From NCBI GenBank assembly GCA_964291675.2, contig OZ219866.1:1280001-1344000 (forward strand): 64,000 nucleotides of DNA. The letters run 5' to 3'. The notes under the pieces are model-generated. The model was given only the letters and a program-made list of their open reading frames with translations, had not been told where the DNA came from and did not search any database. This DNA is from Alphaproteobacteria bacterium. Lineage in GTDB: Bacteria; Pseudomonadota; Alphaproteobacteria; MPNO01. Positions 48,792 to 62,786 of the stretch are shown piece after piece (position 1 is the stretch's first letter; the number at the start of each line of letters is the position of its first letter). A program made the position numbers and the translations under genes.

Positions 48792-50111
48792 TCACCGTTC
48801 GGCATCGAGGCCGTCCGGGCTGCCCGCGACGACGACGGTGAGCTTGTCGGGCGAGAGCAGGCGCCGCGCCACGCGGCGGACGTCCCCGACGGTCACCGCG
48901 CCGATCAGCGACGAACGCCTGTCGATATAGTCGATTCCGAGCCGGTTCTCCTGCAGACCGACCAGCATGCGGGCGATGCTGCGCGTCGAATCGAGGCGGA
49001 GCGGGAAGGCGCCGTTGAGATACCGCTTCGCCGCATCGAGCTCGTCCTCGCTCACCCCTTCGCGCGCCATCCGACCCCACTCTCTGCGCAACAGGTCGAG
49101 CGCCGTCTTCACCCGCGCATTCGCCGTGGCGAGCCCGCCGACGATGACCCCGGCCTTCTCGAACGGGGCGAGATGGCTGGAGACCGAGTAGACGAGACCC
49201 CGCTTCTCGCGGAGCTCCCGGTTGAGGCGCGAGTTTTGCCCGACCGCGAGAATGTGGTTCATCGCATAGGCGGCGTAGAAGTCGGGGTCGTGGCGCCCGA
49301 TACCGGCCTGCCCGAAGACGACGACGCTTTGCGGGACCCGCTTCCGGATCACCTTCAGCACGCCGCCTTGAGGCGCCGCCTCGGGAAGCGCGGCGGGCGC
49401 GCCCGAGGCCGGCAGCGGGCCGAACGCCTCGTCGAGCCGCCGGCCGAGCTCGTCGGGCGAGATGTCGCCGGCGACACCGACGACCAGCCCCTCGCGAACG
49501 AGCCGCTCGCGGGCGAAGCGTCTCAAATCCTCCACCGTCACCGCGGCGACGGATTGCGGCGTTCCGGCGAGGGGTCTCGCATAGGGGTGGTCGCCGAACA
49601 CCAGCCGGTACCAGGCGCGCCCCGCGAGCCGGCGGGGATTGTCCTTGCCGCTTTCGAGACCGGCGACGATCTGCCGGCGGATGCGTTCGACCGGCTCGGC
49701 GTCGAAGCGGGGGGCGGTGAGCGCTTTCCGCAAGAGCGCGAAGGCGGACGCCCGATGCTCGCTCAGCGTCCTGAGCGATCCATGGAAGCGTTCGACCCCC
49801 GCATCGAAACCCAGCGAGGCGACGATGTCGTCGAGCGCCTCCTGGAACGCCCGCGAGTCGAGCTCGCCGGCGCCTTCGTCGAGCAGGGCGGCGGCCATGT
49901 TGGCGAGACCCTGCCTGCCCTCGGGATCGAGCGCCCCGCCGACCTTGAAGGCGAAGCGGAAGCTGATCACGGGGATGGAACGGTCCTCTACCAGCCAGGC
50001 CTCGATCCCGCCGGGCGAACGGACGCGCTGGATCTCGGCCGCGGCCGCGGGAAAGGTGAGCGCGAGCGCGAACACCGCCGCCGCCACGCAGGATCGCGCG
50101 CGTCGTCGCAT
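48792..50111 (-). CDS. M16 family peptidase, non-catalytic subunit
   Basis: Signal peptide, SPGGIEAWLVED, LLDEGAG, SRLNRELREKRGLVYSV; no HxxEH. Confidence 0.9.
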   Translation of the reverse strand: MRRRARSCVAAAVFALALTFPAAAAEIQRVRSPGGIEAWLVEDRSIPVISFRFAFKVGGALDPEGRQGLANMAAALLDEGAGELDSRAFQEALDDIVASLGFDAGVERFHGSLRTLSEHRASAFALLRKALTAPRFDAEPVERIRRQIVAGLESGKDNPRRLAGRAWYRLVFGDHPYARPLAGTPQSVAAVTVEDLRRFARERLVREGLVVGVAGDISPDELGRRLDEAFGPLPASGAPAALPEAAPQGGVLKVIRKRVPQSVVVFGQAGIGRHDPDFYAAYAMNHILAVGQNSRLNRELREKRGLVYSVSSHLAPFEKAGVIVGGLATANARVKTALDLLRREWGRMAREGVSEDELDAAKRYLNGAFPLRLDSTRSIARMLVGLQENRLGIDYIDRRSSLIGAVTVGDVRRVARRLLSPDKLTVVVAGSPDGLDAER

Positions 50112-50118
50112 CGCCGCT

Positions 50119-51459
50119 CTAGCCCGCCGGTTCCGGGAGCAGCACCGCGGTCACCGAACGCCGCTCCACGAAGACCGCCCGCGCGGCGTCCTTCACCGCC
50201 GCCGCGTCGACCGCCGCGATCCGCTCCGGCCACGCCTCGACATCGGCGATCGTCCGCCCGGTGGTCAGCGCCCGGCCGATGACGCGGGGCGCCGCGCCCA
50301 GACCGTCGCGGGCGTAGATCGCCGCGGCCAGCAACGCCCGCTTGCTGCGCGCGAGCTCGGCCTCGGTGACCCCGTGCTCCAGGATGCGGGCGATCTCGTC
50401 CCGCAGCAGCGCCTCCACCCGACCGATGTCTCCGCCGGCCAGCGCCGACGCGGATATGGTGAACTCGCCCATGTCGAGCGCGGTTCCGAGATAGCCGGCG
50501 CCGGCGCCGGATGCCGCCTTTTCCTCGATCACCAGGCGGCGGTGGAGCCGGGAGGTCGCGCCGCCGCCGAGGATGTCGTCGAGCAGCAGCAGCGGATAGG
50601 CGTGCCGGGTCTCGCCCGCCGCGAAGCTCGGCGCGCGCCAGGTGATCGAGACGCTCGGCACATGCACCCGTTCGTGCTTCAGCGTCACCCGCTTGGCGGT
50701 CAGCGGCTCGGGCTCGCCGGGACGGACGCGCGCCGGTACCGGGCGCCGGGGGATCCTGCCGTAATGCTTTTCCGCGAGGCCGCGCACGAGCTCCGCGGTG
50801 GCGTCGCCGGCGACGATCAGGATCGCGTTGTTGGGGGCGTAGTGGGTCCGGTAGAAGGCAAGCGCGTCGGCCGCGGTCAGCCCGTCGATCTCGGTCTTCC
50901 AGCCGATCACCGGGATCCGGTAGGGGTGGCGCAGATAGGTCACCGCGCGACGGCGCTCGTAGAGCTGGGCGCCCGGGCTGTTGTCGGTGCGCGAGCGCCG
51001 CTCCTCGCGCACCACACCGCGCTCCGGAGCGGCCTTTTCCTCGGTCAGCCGCAGATTGACCATGCGGTCGGCTTCCATCCGCATGACAAGCTCCAGCTTG
51101 TCGCTGGCGACGCGCTGGACATAGGCGGTGTAGTCCTGGCTGGTGAAGGCGTTGTCGGAACCGCCATTGGCGGCGACGATCCTGGAGAACGCGCCGGACG
51201 GGACCGACGGCGTGCCCTTGAACATCAGATGTTCCAGGAAATGGGCCAGGCCGGACTTGCCCGGCGGCTCGTCCGCGGCGCCGACCCTGTACCAGACCGC
51301 ATGGACGACGATCGGCGCGCGCGGATTCTCGACCACGACGACCCGGAGCCCGTTATCGAGGGTGAAGCTGCCGGGGTTGAACACCCCGGCGGCGGCGGGC
51401 AGTTGGGCCGGCGCCGCCGCCAGCAGGGCGGCGAGGATGGCGCGGCGATGGGCGCTCAG
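50119..51459 (-). CDS. M16 family zinc peptidase, catalytic subunit
   Basis: TLDNGLRV, WYRVGAADE, HFLEHLMFKGT (HxxEH), NAFTSQDYT; start uncertain. Confidence 0.92.
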   Translation of the reverse strand: MSAHRRAILAALLAAAPAQLPAAAGVFNPGSFTLDNGLRVVVVENPRAPIVVHAVWYRVGAADEPPGKSGLAHFLEHLMFKGTPSVPSGAFSRIVAANGGSDNAFTSQDYTAYVQRVASDKLELVMRMEADRMVNLRLTEEKAAPERGVVREERRSRTDNSPGAQLYERRRAVTYLRHPYRIPVIGWKTEIDGLTAADALAFYRTHYAPNNAILIVAGDATAELVRGLAEKHYGRIPRRPVPARVRPGEPEPLTAKRVTLKHERVHVPSVSITWRAPSFAAGETRHAYPLLLLDDILGGGATSRLHRRLVIEEKAASGAGAGYLGTALDMGEFTISASALAGGDIGRVEALLRDEIARILEHGVTEAELARSKRALLAAAIYARDGLGAAPRVIGRALTTGRTIADVEAWPERIAAVDAAAVKDAARAVFVERRSVTAVLLPEPAG

Positions 51460-52031
51460 TTGAGCAGGCCCTCGAGGAAGCCGCGCTCGCGGCGCTCGAT
51501 CATCGGCGTGGCGCCGGCGGCGGGCGGCTTGCCGAGCGCCGCGTTCGACTTCAGGCGCTGCGCCTCCTGCTCCGCATCGACCACCTCGCCGGGCGGATCC
51601 GGGTTGCGCCAGAACACGATCTTGTCGATGAACCCGGTCTGGGCGTCCGCCAGCGCCCGGGACTCGGCGTCGACCTTGGCGCGGATCCCGGGATCCGCGC
51701 CGGCGGCGCCCACCCGCATCAGGAGCGCGTTTTCCGCCGGCGACGCCTCGCCGTCGGGCGATCCGCCGGCCGCCGCGCTCCGGATCAGCGTCTCGCGGAC
51801 CTGGTCCCTGATCTCGGCTTCCTGCGGCCGCCGGGTTCCGGGTGCCGGCGGACGAAGCGCGTAGTCGGGGGGCAGTGCCAGCGGTGCGCGGGTCGCGACC
51901 GCGAACTCGTCCGGCGGCTCGTTCCCGAGACCGATGCGCTGGCGCGTTTCTTCGCCGCATCCCGCCATCCCGGCCATGACGCATGCCGCCAGGACGGCGC
52001 CGAATGCGCGTCGTACCCTCATCGAACACAT
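51456..52031 (-). CDS. DUF3035 family lipoprotein
   Basis: Lipobox-like MAGC, PPDEFAV, PLALPPDYALRPPAPG; typical position after lspA in alphaproteobacteria. Confidence 0.82.
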   Translation of the reverse strand: MCSMRVRRAFGAVLAACVMAGMAGCGEETRQRIGLGNEPPDEFAVATRAPLALPPDYALRPPAPGTRRPQEAEIRDQVRETLIRSAAAGGSPDGEASPAENALLMRVGAAGADPGIRAKVDAESRALADAQTGFIDKIVFWRNPDPPGEVVDAEQEAQRLKSNAALGKPPAAGATPMIERRERGFLEGLLN

Positions 52032-52032
52032 C

Positions 52033-52542
52033 TCACGTCGACCCTCCCCTTGGGCCGGATACGGTACGATCACTCCGCCCGCCGATCAAGCTCCCGTAGA
52101 GGACGATGGCGACGCCGACGGTGATCGCGCTATCGGCAAGGTTGAAGGCCGGCCAATGGTACCCGGCGACATGGAAGTCGAGAAAATCGATCACGTGGCC
52201 GCGGGCGATCCGGTCGGTCCCGTTGCCGGCAGCACCGCCGATTATCAGGCCCAGCGCGACGGTGAGCCCGCGTTCGCCGGTGCGCGTCATCCAGACCAGC
52301 ATGCCGGCGATGACGACGACGGTAAAGCCCGCCAGCAGCCACGGCCCCCACGGCGAGTCGGTCTGGAACATGCCGAAGCTCGCGCCACGGTTGTGGACCA
52401 GGACGAAATTGAAGAACCCGGTCACCGGCAGGCCCCGCCCCACCTCCTCCAGCCAGCCCGCCACGATCCATTTGGTGGCCTGATCGGCGAGCGCGACCGC
52501 CGCGGCGATCGCGAGCCCCTGCCGCAGCCTGGGATTGGGCAC
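52033..52542 (-). CDS. lspA: Signal peptidase II
   Basis: DQATK, NRGASFG, GGAAGNGTDR, VIDF, WPAFNLADSAI. Confidence 0.96.
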   Translation of the reverse strand: MPNPRLRQGLAIAAAVALADQATKWIVAGWLEEVGRGLPVTGFFNFVLVHNRGASFGMFQTDSPWGPWLLAGFTVVVIAGMLVWMTRTGERGLTVALGLIIGGAAGNGTDRIARGHVIDFLDFHVAGYHWPAFNLADSAITVGVAIVLYGSLIGGRSDRTVSGPRGGST

Positions 52543-52547
52543 GGGTT

Positions 52548-55363
<2,816 letters not shown>

Positions 55364-55367
<4 letters not shown>

Positions 55368-56332
55368 TGCGGGGCCCTGGGGTCGCCGGAATCGATGGAT
55401 GCGAGGAGCTCTCGCGCAGCCAGGCTGTCCTTCGCGATCTGGTCGCGGAGCTCGGGCAGCCCGTCGAACCTGCGCTCGGGCCGGATATACTCGACCAGCG
55501 CGACCCTCAGCAAGCGGCCATAGATGTCGCGGTCGAAATCGAAGACATGGGTTTCGAGACCGACCACGCTGCCGCCTATGGTCGGGCGGATGCCGAGATT
55601 GGCGCAGCCGGGGCGCCACACCGTCTCGCCGTCCTCCTCGATCCCGGCCCAGACCGCGTAGACGCCGAGCGCCGGGCGGACGGTGTCGGCCGGCGCCAGG
55701 TTGGCGGTGGGAAAGCCGAGCAGCCGGCCGCGCCTGTCGCCCTCCCGCACGCGCCCCTCGATCTCCCAGCAGCGGCCGAGCTGGAGCGCCGCCGCGCCCG
55801 GCTTTCCGTCGCGCAGGCAGGCGCGGATATTGGTCGACGAGAACACCGTCTCTCCCCAGCCGCTGACCGGTTCGACGATCTCGAACCCGACGCCCGCGCC
55901 TTTCGCCCAGCGCTCCAGCGTCTGGACGTTGCCGCGCCGGTCATGGCCGAACACGAAATCGTAGCCGATCGCGAGATGGCGCGCGGCGAGGCCCTTTGCC
56001 AGAACCGCGTCGATGAACGCCTCGGGCGGGACGCGCGCCATGGCTGCGTCGAAGCGCAGCACCAGCAGGATATCGACGCCGAGGGCTTCGAAGCGGCGCG
56101 CCTTGGATCTGAGCGGCGTGAGCTGGAACGGCGGCGCGTCGGGGCGGAAGAAACGCCGGGGATGCGGCTCGAAGGTGACCACGGCGAGCGGCGCCCGGAG
56201 GCGGCGCGCGGCGTCGGCGGCGACGCCGACCACCGCCGCGTGGCCGCGATGGACGCCGTCGAAATTGCCGATCGTCGCCGCGGCGCCGCGGGCGCTCTCG
56301 GGCAGGTTGGACGGGTGGCGGACGATGCGCAT
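55364..56332 (-). CDS. ribF: Bifunctional riboflavin kinase/FAD synthetase
   Basis: IGNFDGVHRGH, TFEPHP, SSTNIR, GFPTAN, ETHVFDF. Confidence 0.98.
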
Positions 56333-56341
56333 TTGGGCGCT

Positions 56342-56370
56342 TACCTATCGGCGGGCGATTCGGGTGTCAA
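56342..56370 (-). promoter_or_regulatory. Sigma70 promoter of the ribF-ileS-lspA operon
   Basis: Minus strand TTGACA-N17-TAGGTA, ending 9 nt before the ribF ATG; no Shine-Dalgarno. Confidence 0.6.
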
Positions 56371-56457
56371 ACCGTTCGCCGGGGATCGCGCGAATTCTCC
56401 AACCGCCGGGCAAAACCGCTATGATCCGGCGCCCGATGGCAAGCGATGGAGAGCGCG

Positions 56458-56853
56458 ATGTCAGACACCCCGCCGATGACGCCCGGCACGTTCGGCTGGA
56501 ACGAGCTGGTGACCGCCGACACCGAGGCCTGCGAGGCGTTCTTCACCCGGCTGATGGGCTGGACCACCGATACCAACCCGATGGAGGAAGGCGGCGTCTA
56601 CACCTTCTTCAAGCAGGGCGATCGCCCGGTCGGCGGCATGATGTCGATGCAATCGCTCGGCCTTGAGGACGTGCCGTCGCACTGGATGGCCTATCTCACG
56701 GTGGAGGATGTCGATGCCGCCTGCGCGCGGTGTCGGGATCTCGGCGGCAGGATCCTCATGGAGCCGATGGACGTGAAGGGCATCGGCCGCTTCGCCATCA
56801 TCGCCGACCCCTCCGATGCCGCCCTCGGCCTCGCCCAGTACTTTTCGTCCTAG
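56458..56853 (+). CDS. VOC (glyoxalase/bleomycin resistance) family protein
   Basis: GTFGWNEL, VGGMM, HWMAYLTVEDVD, GRFAIIADP. Confidence 0.9.
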   Translation: MSDTPPMTPGTFGWNELVTADTEACEAFFTRLMGWTTDTNPMEEGGVYTFFKQGDRPVGGMMSMQSLGLEDVPSHWMAYLTVEDVDAACARCRDLGGRILMEPMDVKGIGRFAIIADPSDAALGLAQYFSS

Positions 56854-56976
56854 CGGCGGGGCCGATAGGCGTTCCTTTCCCGGGGCGTACCGTGCTATGC
56901 TCACGGCGAATGGCTGCCGGCAGGCGGGTTTCGACCGCCCGGCACGAACCGAAACGACGATGGAGACGGCTGGACC

Positions 56977-57180
56977 GTGGAAGTTCTTGTACGCGACAAC
57001 GATGTCGATCAGGCGCTGAGGGCGCTCAAGAAAAAGATGCAGCGCGAGGGCATCTTCCGCGAGATGAAGATGCGGCGCTCATACGAGAAACCGTCCGAAA
57101 GACGCGCGCGGGAAAAGGCGGAGGCGATCCGCCGCGCGCGCAAGCTCGAGAGAAAACGCCTGGAGCGCGAGGGCTACTAG
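56977..57180 (+). CDS. rpsU: 30S ribosomal protein S21
   Basis: [29 protein letters not shown]...YEKPSE. Confidence 0.98.
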   Translation: MEVLVRDNDVDQALRALKKKMQREGIFREMKMRRSYEKPSERRAREKAEAIRRARKLERKRLEREGY

Positions 57181-57206
57181 GCCGAAGCCCTCGCCTGGCT
57201 GAACCG

Positions 57207-57229
57207 GGGCCGCGGTCTGCGGCCCTTGT
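57207..57229 (+). terminator. Possible intrinsic terminator after rpsU
   Basis: GGGCCGC-GGTCT-GCGGCCC hairpin followed only by TTGT (weak U-tract). Confidence 0.35.
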
Positions 57230-57282
57230 CGCGTGTGGCGTCCCGCTGGCGCGATTTCGCCCGCCACATTATAGTCCCGCCC

Positions 57283-58245
57283 ATGTCCGAGACCGCGGCG
57301 TGGACGCGGGAGGGCGCGCTGGCGCTGCTCTCGCGCCCCTTCAACGACCTGATCTTCGAGGCGCAGGCGGTCCATCGCCGTCATTTCGACCCCAACCGGG
57401 TGCAGGTCTCCACCCTGCTCAGCATCAAGACCGGCGGCTGTCCCGAGAACTGCGCCTATTGCCCGCAGAGCGCCCATTTCGACACCGGCGTCGCCAATGA
57501 GCGCCTGATGAGGCTGGAGGACGTTCTCGACGCCGCCCGCGCGGCCAGGGCGGCGGGCGCGACGCGGTTCTGCATGGGGGCGGCCTGGCGCGGCCCCAAC
57601 GACCGGGATCTGGACGCGGTCGAGGCGATGATCGCGGGCGTCAAGGAGATCGGTCTGGAGACCTGCGCCACGCTGGGCCTGCTGGCGCCGGGCCAGGCGG
57701 AGCGGCTGCGCGCGGCGGGGCTCGACTACTACAACCACAACATCGACACCTCCGAATCCTATTACCGCGAGATCGTCACCACCCGGCGTTACGAAGACCG
57801 GCTGGACACGCTCGCCAGGGTGCGCGCGGCGGGTATCGCGGTCTGCTGCGGCGGTATCGTCGGGATGGGCGAGAGCCGCGAGGACCGGGCCGACATGCTG
57901 CTTGCGCTGGCCGCCCTGCCGGAGCCGCCGGAAAGCGTGCCGATCAACGCGCTCGTGGCGGTGCCCGGCACGCCGCTCGCCGATGCGCCGAAGCTCGACC
58001 CGCTGGAATTCGTCCGCACGGTCGCCGCGGCGCGGATCATGATGCCGCGCTCGATGGTCCGGCTGTCGGCCGGGCGGCTCGAGATGGACGACGCCACCCA
58101 GGCGCTCTGCTTCCTCGCCGGCGCCAACTCGATCTTTCACGGCGAACGCCTGCTGACCACGCCCAACCCCGCGGTCGGGGAGGATCTGGGGCTGTTCGAC
58201 CGGCTCGGGATCGAGGCGATGGAAACGGCCGGCGACGGTGGCTGA
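57283..58245 (+). CDS. bioB: Biotin synthase
   Basis: [56 protein letters not shown]. Confidence 0.98.
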   Translation: MSETAAWTREGALALLSRPFNDLIFEAQAVHRRHFDPNRVQVSTLLSIKTGGCPENCAYCPQSAHFDTGVANERLMRLEDVLDAARAARAAGATRFCMGAAWRGPNDRDLDAVEAMIAGVKEIGLETCATLGLLAPGQAERLRAAGLDYYNHNIDTSESYYREIVTTRRYEDRLDTLARVRAAGIAVCCGGIVGMGESREDRADMLLALAALPEPPESVPINALVAVPGTPLADAPKLDPLEFVRTVAAARIMMPRSMVRLSAGRLEMDDATQALCFLAGANSIFHGERLLTTPNPAVGEDLGLFDRLGIEAMETAGDGG

Positions 58246-59485
58246 GACGCCAGGGAACCCCTGGTTCCCCTACACCCCGATGCGGGGCGTGCCGCCGCCG
58301 CTCGAAGCGGTGGGCACAGAGGGCGCGCGCATCCGCCTCGCCGACGGGCGCGAGCTGGTCGACGGGATCGCGTCCTGGTGGACGGCGTGTCACGGCTACA
58401 ACCACCCCCACATCCTGGACGCGATGGAGGCGCAGCTTCGCCGCATGCCGCATGTGATGTTCGGCGGCATGGTGCACGAGCCGGCCCTGCGGCTCGCCCG
58501 CCGGCTCGCGGCAGTGCTGGGCTGCGGCCTCGACCACGTGTTCTTCAGCGACTCCGGCTCCGTCTCGGTCGAGATCGCGCTCAAGATGGCGATCCAGTAC
58601 TGGCGCAACCGGGGGATCGACGGGCGCGGCCGGTTCGTCTGCTTTCGCGGCGCCTATCACGGCGACACGCTGGGCGCGATGGCGGTGTGCGATCCCGAGG
58701 ACGGCATGCACCGGCTGCTGGGCGGCTACGTGCCGCCGCAGATCGTGCTGGACCTGCCGCTCGGCCGCAGAGCCGCCGCGGCGTTCGAGGACGCCATCGC
58801 GCGCCACGCAAGCGAGATCGCGGCGGTGGTGGTGGAGCCGCTGCTCCAGGCGGCGGGCGGCATGCGCTTCCATGCGCCGGAGACGCTCGCAGCGATCGCC
58901 GGGACCTGCCGCCGCCACGGCCAGCTGCTCGTCCTCGACGAGGTGGCAACCGGGTTCGGGCGCACCGGCACGATGTTCGCCTTCGAACAGGCGGGAATCG
59001 CGCCCGACATCGTCTGCCTCTCCAAGGCGCTCACCGGCGGCACGATGGGGCTCGCGGCGACGGTCGCCAACCGGCTCGTGTTTGCCGCCTTCGACAGCGA
59101 GGACCCGAAGCGGGCGTTGATGCACGGGCCCACCTTCATGGCGAACCCGCTGGGCTGCGCCGCCGCCAACGCCTCGCTCGACCTGTTCGAGCGCGAGCCC
59201 AGGCTGGAACAGGCGCGGCGCATCGAGTCCCGTCTCCGGGAGTCGCTCGAGCCCTGCCGGTCGCTGCCCCGCGTGGTCGACGTCCGGGTGCTGGGCGCGG
59301 TCGGCGTCGTCGAGCTCGACCGGATCGACGATCTCGCCGGCATGCGGATGCGCTTCGTCGAGGAGGGCGTATGGATCCGCCCGCTCGGCAACGCGGTCTA
59401 TCTGATGCCGCCGCTGGTGGTCACCGGCGACGAGCTCGATCTTCTGGCCGGCGCGATCCGCCGCGTGGTGGGATCGCTCAGTTAG
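58238..59485 (+). CDS. bioA: Adenosylmethionine--8-amino-7-oxononanoate transaminase
   Basis: [57 protein letters not shown]. Confidence 0.97.
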   Translation: MAETPGNPWFPYTPMRGVPPPLEAVGTEGARIRLADGRELVDGIASWWTACHGYNHPHILDAMEAQLRRMPHVMFGGMVHEPALRLARRLAAVLGCGLDHVFFSDSGSVSVEIALKMAIQYWRNRGIDGRGRFVCFRGAYHGDTLGAMAVCDPEDGMHRLLGGYVPPQIVLDLPLGRRAAAAFEDAIARHASEIAAVVVEPLLQAAGGMRFHAPETLAAIAGTCRRHGQLLVLDEVATGFGRTGTMFAFEQAGIAPDIVCLSKALTGGTMGLAATVANRLVFAAFDSEDPKRALMHGPTFMANPLGCAAANASLDLFEREPRLEQARRIESRLRESLEPCRSLPRVVDVRVLGAVGVVELDRIDDLAGMRMRFVEEGVWIRPLGNAVYLMPPLVVTGDELDLLAGAIRRVVGSLS

Positions 59486-60843
59486 TCCGGCGGAGGCACG
59501 CCCGCCTTTTTCATCGCCGCCGCCTGGCGTTTCGCCAGGGTATCGGCGTCGAAATCCGCGACCAGGTCGTGGAACATCCGGTGCCAGTTGATCTCGGCCC
59601 TGAGATGCATGAAGACCGAGCCGAGGCCGATGGCGGCGCGGTCCATGAGCACGAACTCGCGCGGCGGACGCACCCCGCCCAGCCGGCGCAGCTCGCGATG
59701 CACCTTCGAGGCCACCTCGGCGCCGTAGACCCGGCTGTTGGCGCCCTCGATCGGCCGGGGCCTGTCCTCCAGCAACGGCGCGTAGAGGAACGACGCCCAG
59801 AGGTTCAGGACGTCGATCGTCTCGTTCGACAGCCCGGTGAACCCCCAGCCCTCATAGGCATCCACCGCAAGCGCACGGTCGTCCCGGTCGATCGCGTGGT
59901 AGAGGTCGATCGCGCCCTTGACGAATCGCGGCGGGAAGATCCGGATACAGCCGAAATCGAGCAGGTTCACCGACCCGTCCGGCCGCACGGTGTAGTTGCC
60001 GAGATGCGGATCGCCGTGGATGACGCCGTAGTCGTAGAACGGCACGTACCAGGCGCGGAACATGTTGTGGGCGACCCGGTTGCGCGCCTCCAGCTCCTCG
60101 CCGGCCAGCTCCAGCAGCCGGCGCCCGTCCAGCCAGGTCATGGTCAAGAGCCGCCCTGTGGAGAGCGCGGGCACCGGGTCGGGGACGTGCACGGCCTCTT
60201 CGTCGGCGTGCATCAGGCGGTAGAGCCGGATATGGCGCAGCTCGCGCGCGTAGTCGACCTCCTCGCGCAGCCTGGCGGCGAGCTCGGCATGGATCTCGCG
60301 CGGGTCGACCGCCTTGTCGTAGCGCCGGTAGATCGCCAGCACGATGCGCAGCTGGCGGAGGTCGGCCTCGACGGCGGACGCCATGTCGGGGTATTGCAGC
60401 TTGCAGGCGAGATCGCTTCCGTCCCGCCCGACCGCGCGGTGCACCTGGCCGAGCGACGCGGCCGCGGCCGCCTGGCGCTCGAAGCTCGCGAAGCGCTTCT
60501 CCCAGCCGGCGCCGAGCTCGGCCGCCATGCGGCGCCTGACGAACAGCCAGCCCATCGGCGGCGCGTTGGCCTGCAGCTCGCCCAGCTGCTCGGAGTATTC
60601 CCGGGGCAGGATGTCGGGGACGGTCGACATGATCTGGGCGACCTTCATCAGCGGCCCCTTGAGGCCGCCGAGCGCGCGGCGCAGATCCCCGGCGCTGCGC
60701 TCCCGGTCCATCTCCAAGCCGAGATAGCGCTCGCCCGCCACGCGGGCGGCGATGCCGCCCACCGCCGCGCCCACGCGGCCGTAGCGCCGCACCCGCCCGG
60801 TCAGCCGGTTGTCCTCGTCGCGGCGTTCCGGCGGCCGCCTCAT
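59482..60843 (-). CDS. AarF/ABC1/UbiB family atypical kinase
   Basis: LKGPLMKVAQ, AAASLGQVH, KLQYP, HGDPHLGN, LLDFGC. Confidence 0.93.
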   Translation of the reverse strand: MRRPPERRDEDNRLTGRVRRYGRVGAAVGGIAARVAGERYLGLEMDRERSAGDLRRALGGLKGPLMKVAQIMSTVPDILPREYSEQLGELQANAPPMGWLFVRRRMAAELGAGWEKRFASFERQAAAAASLGQVHRAVGRDGSDLACKLQYPDMASAVEADLRQLRIVLAIYRRYDKAVDPREIHAELAARLREEVDYARELRHIRLYRLMHADEEAVHVPDPVPALSTGRLLTMTWLDGRRLLELAGEELEARNRVAHNMFRAWYVPFYDYGVIHGDPHLGNYTVRPDGSVNLLDFGCIRIFPPRFVKGAIDLYHAIDRDDRALAVDAYEGWGFTGLSNETIDVLNLWASFLYAPLLEDRPRPIEGANSRVYGAEVASKVHRELRRLGGVRPPREFVLMDRAAIGLGSVFMHLRAEINWHRMFHDLVADFDADTLAKRQAAAMKKAGVPPPD

Positions 60844-62624
60844 GCGGCGTCCTCCAGCTCGTCGATCATCCCCTCGATCACCGCGAGCCCCCGCGCCCAG
60901 AACGCCGGCTCCGCGGCATCGAGCCCGAACGGCGCCAGCAGCTCGCGGTGGCGCAGCGTGCCGCCGGCCTCAAGCATGCGGAGGTAGTTCGCCGCGAAAC
61001 CGGGCGCGCCGCCCTCATGGACCGCATAGAGCGCGTTCACCAGGCAATCCCCGAAGGCGTAGGCATAGACATAGAACGGCGAGTGGACGAAATGCGGGAT
61101 ATAGCACCAGTAGTACCGGTAGTCCCCGCCGAGCCGGATCGCCGGGCCCAGGCTCTCGCGCTGGACGTCGAGCCAGATCTCGCACAGCCGGTCGGCCGTC
61201 AGCTCTTCGCGGCGGCGCTCCTCGTGGACCCGGCTCTCGAAGCGGTAGAAGGCGATCTGGCGGATCACGGTGTTGAGCATGTCCTCGACCTTGGCGGCGA
61301 GCAGCAGACGCCGCTCCGCCGGGCCGGCGCGGTCGAGCAGGGCGCGGAAGGTCAGCATCTCGCCGAACACCGAGGCGGTCTCGGCGAGGGTCAGCGGCGT
61401 CTTCGCCATCAGATGGCCCTGGCGCCCGGCGAGCACCTGGTGGACGCCGTGACCGAGCTCGTGCGCCAGGGTCATCACGTCGCGCGGCCTGCCTTGGTAG
61501 TTGAGCAGGATGTAGGGATGCGCGGACGGAACCGTGGCATGCGAGAAGGCGCCCGGCGACTTGCCCGGCCGGAGCGCGGCATCGATCCGGCGGTCGTCGA
61601 AGAACCGGGCGGCGATCCGGCGCAGCGCCGGCGAGAACGCGCCATAGGCGTCGAGCACGATGTCGCGCGCCTCGTCCCAGCGGATGACGCTGCCGTCGGC
61701 GCCGGGCAGCGGCGCGTTGCGGTCCCAATGCTCCAGCGCATCGACCCCGAACCGGCGCGCCTTCAGCGCGTAGTAGCGGTGCGCGAGACGCGGATAGGCG
61801 TCCGTCACCGCCTCGGTCAGGGCATCCACCACCCCGGCCTCGACCCGGTTGGCGAGATGGCGCGCCGACTGGGGGGTCTGGTAGCCGCGCCAGCCGTCCT
61901 CGATCTCCTTGTCCTTGGCGAGCGTATTGGCGATCAGCGCGAACAGCCGCACGTTCTCCGCGAGCACCCGTCCGATCGATTCGGCCGCTTCCCGGCGGCG
62001 CGCGCCATCGGGATCGGACAGCAGATGAAGCGCCTCCTGGGCGGTCAGGTCCCGGCCCTCGACCGGGAAGCGGAGCGCCGCCATGGTTTCGTCGAACAGC
62101 CGGGTCCAGGCCGCCCGGCCGGTCAGGCGCTTGACATGGAACAGCCGCTCGGCCTCCTCGCCGAGCTGATGGGGGCGGGAGAGGCGGATGTCGCGCAGCC
62201 ACGGCCGGTAGCGCGCGGCACCCGGGTCGGCGAGCTTGCCGTCGAGCGCGTCGTCTTCCATCCGGTTGATCTCGAGCGTGAAGAACAGGATTTCGCCGGT
62301 AATCGCCGTCGCCCGCTCGCGCACCGACTGATGGAACCTGGCCGTAACGGGATCGCCGAGATCGGCCGCGTGCAGAAGCTGGGCGTAGCTCTCCGCGCGG
62401 GCGACGGTTTCGGTGACCGCCTCGTAGGATGCGATCGCGCGCCCGAACGCCGCGCCGCCCGCCGCCGCGAGCCCGCCCTTCCAGCGCTTGCCAAGCGCCG
62501 CGGCGTCGCGTTCCGCGCGGTCGAGATCGGCCGCGAGCGCCGGGCTGTCCGGTGCCGGGTAGAGGTCCGCGAGGTCCCACTCGGGCAGGGCGCCGAGGCC
62601 TCCGGAATTCGCCTGGTCGGTCAT
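60840..62624 (-). CDS. M3 family oligoendopeptidase F
   Basis: WDLADLY, GKSPGAF, TLAHELGHGVH, AETASVFGE, HFVHSPFYVYAY. Confidence 0.93.
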   Translation of the reverse strand: MTDQANSGGLGALPEWDLADLYPAPDSPALAADLDRAERDAAALGKRWKGGLAAAGGAAFGRAIASYEAVTETVARAESYAQLLHAADLGDPVTARFHQSVRERATAITGEILFFTLEINRMEDDALDGKLADPGAARYRPWLRDIRLSRPHQLGEEAERLFHVKRLTGRAAWTRLFDETMAALRFPVEGRDLTAQEALHLLSDPDGARRREAAESIGRVLAENVRLFALIANTLAKDKEIEDGWRGYQTPQSARHLANRVEAGVVDALTEAVTDAYPRLAHRYYALKARRFGVDALEHWDRNAPLPGADGSVIRWDEARDIVLDAYGAFSPALRRIAARFFDDRRIDAALRPGKSPGAFSHATVPSAHPYILLNYQGRPRDVMTLAHELGHGVHQVLAGRQGHLMAKTPLTLAETASVFGEMLTFRALLDRAGPAERRLLLAAKVEDMLNTVIRQIAFYRFESRVHEERRREELTADRLCEIWLDVQRESLGPAIRLGGDYRYYWCYIPHFVHSPFYVYAYAFGDCLVNALYAVHEGGAPGFAANYLRMLEAGGTLRHRELLAPFGLDAAEPAFWARGLAVIEGMIDELEDAA

Positions 62625-62786
62625 GCTGGGCTCCGGCGGTCGTTCTGGATATAGCGTCCGAAGCGGGCCGAAACCACCGATGGCGGGGCCGCGGCGGGGC
62701 AATTTGCATTGGCGCGACCGAGACCGGATGATCTATTTGATCGCACTGGCGGCCACTGTCCGGGAATCAACCGAAGGAGCGACGGA

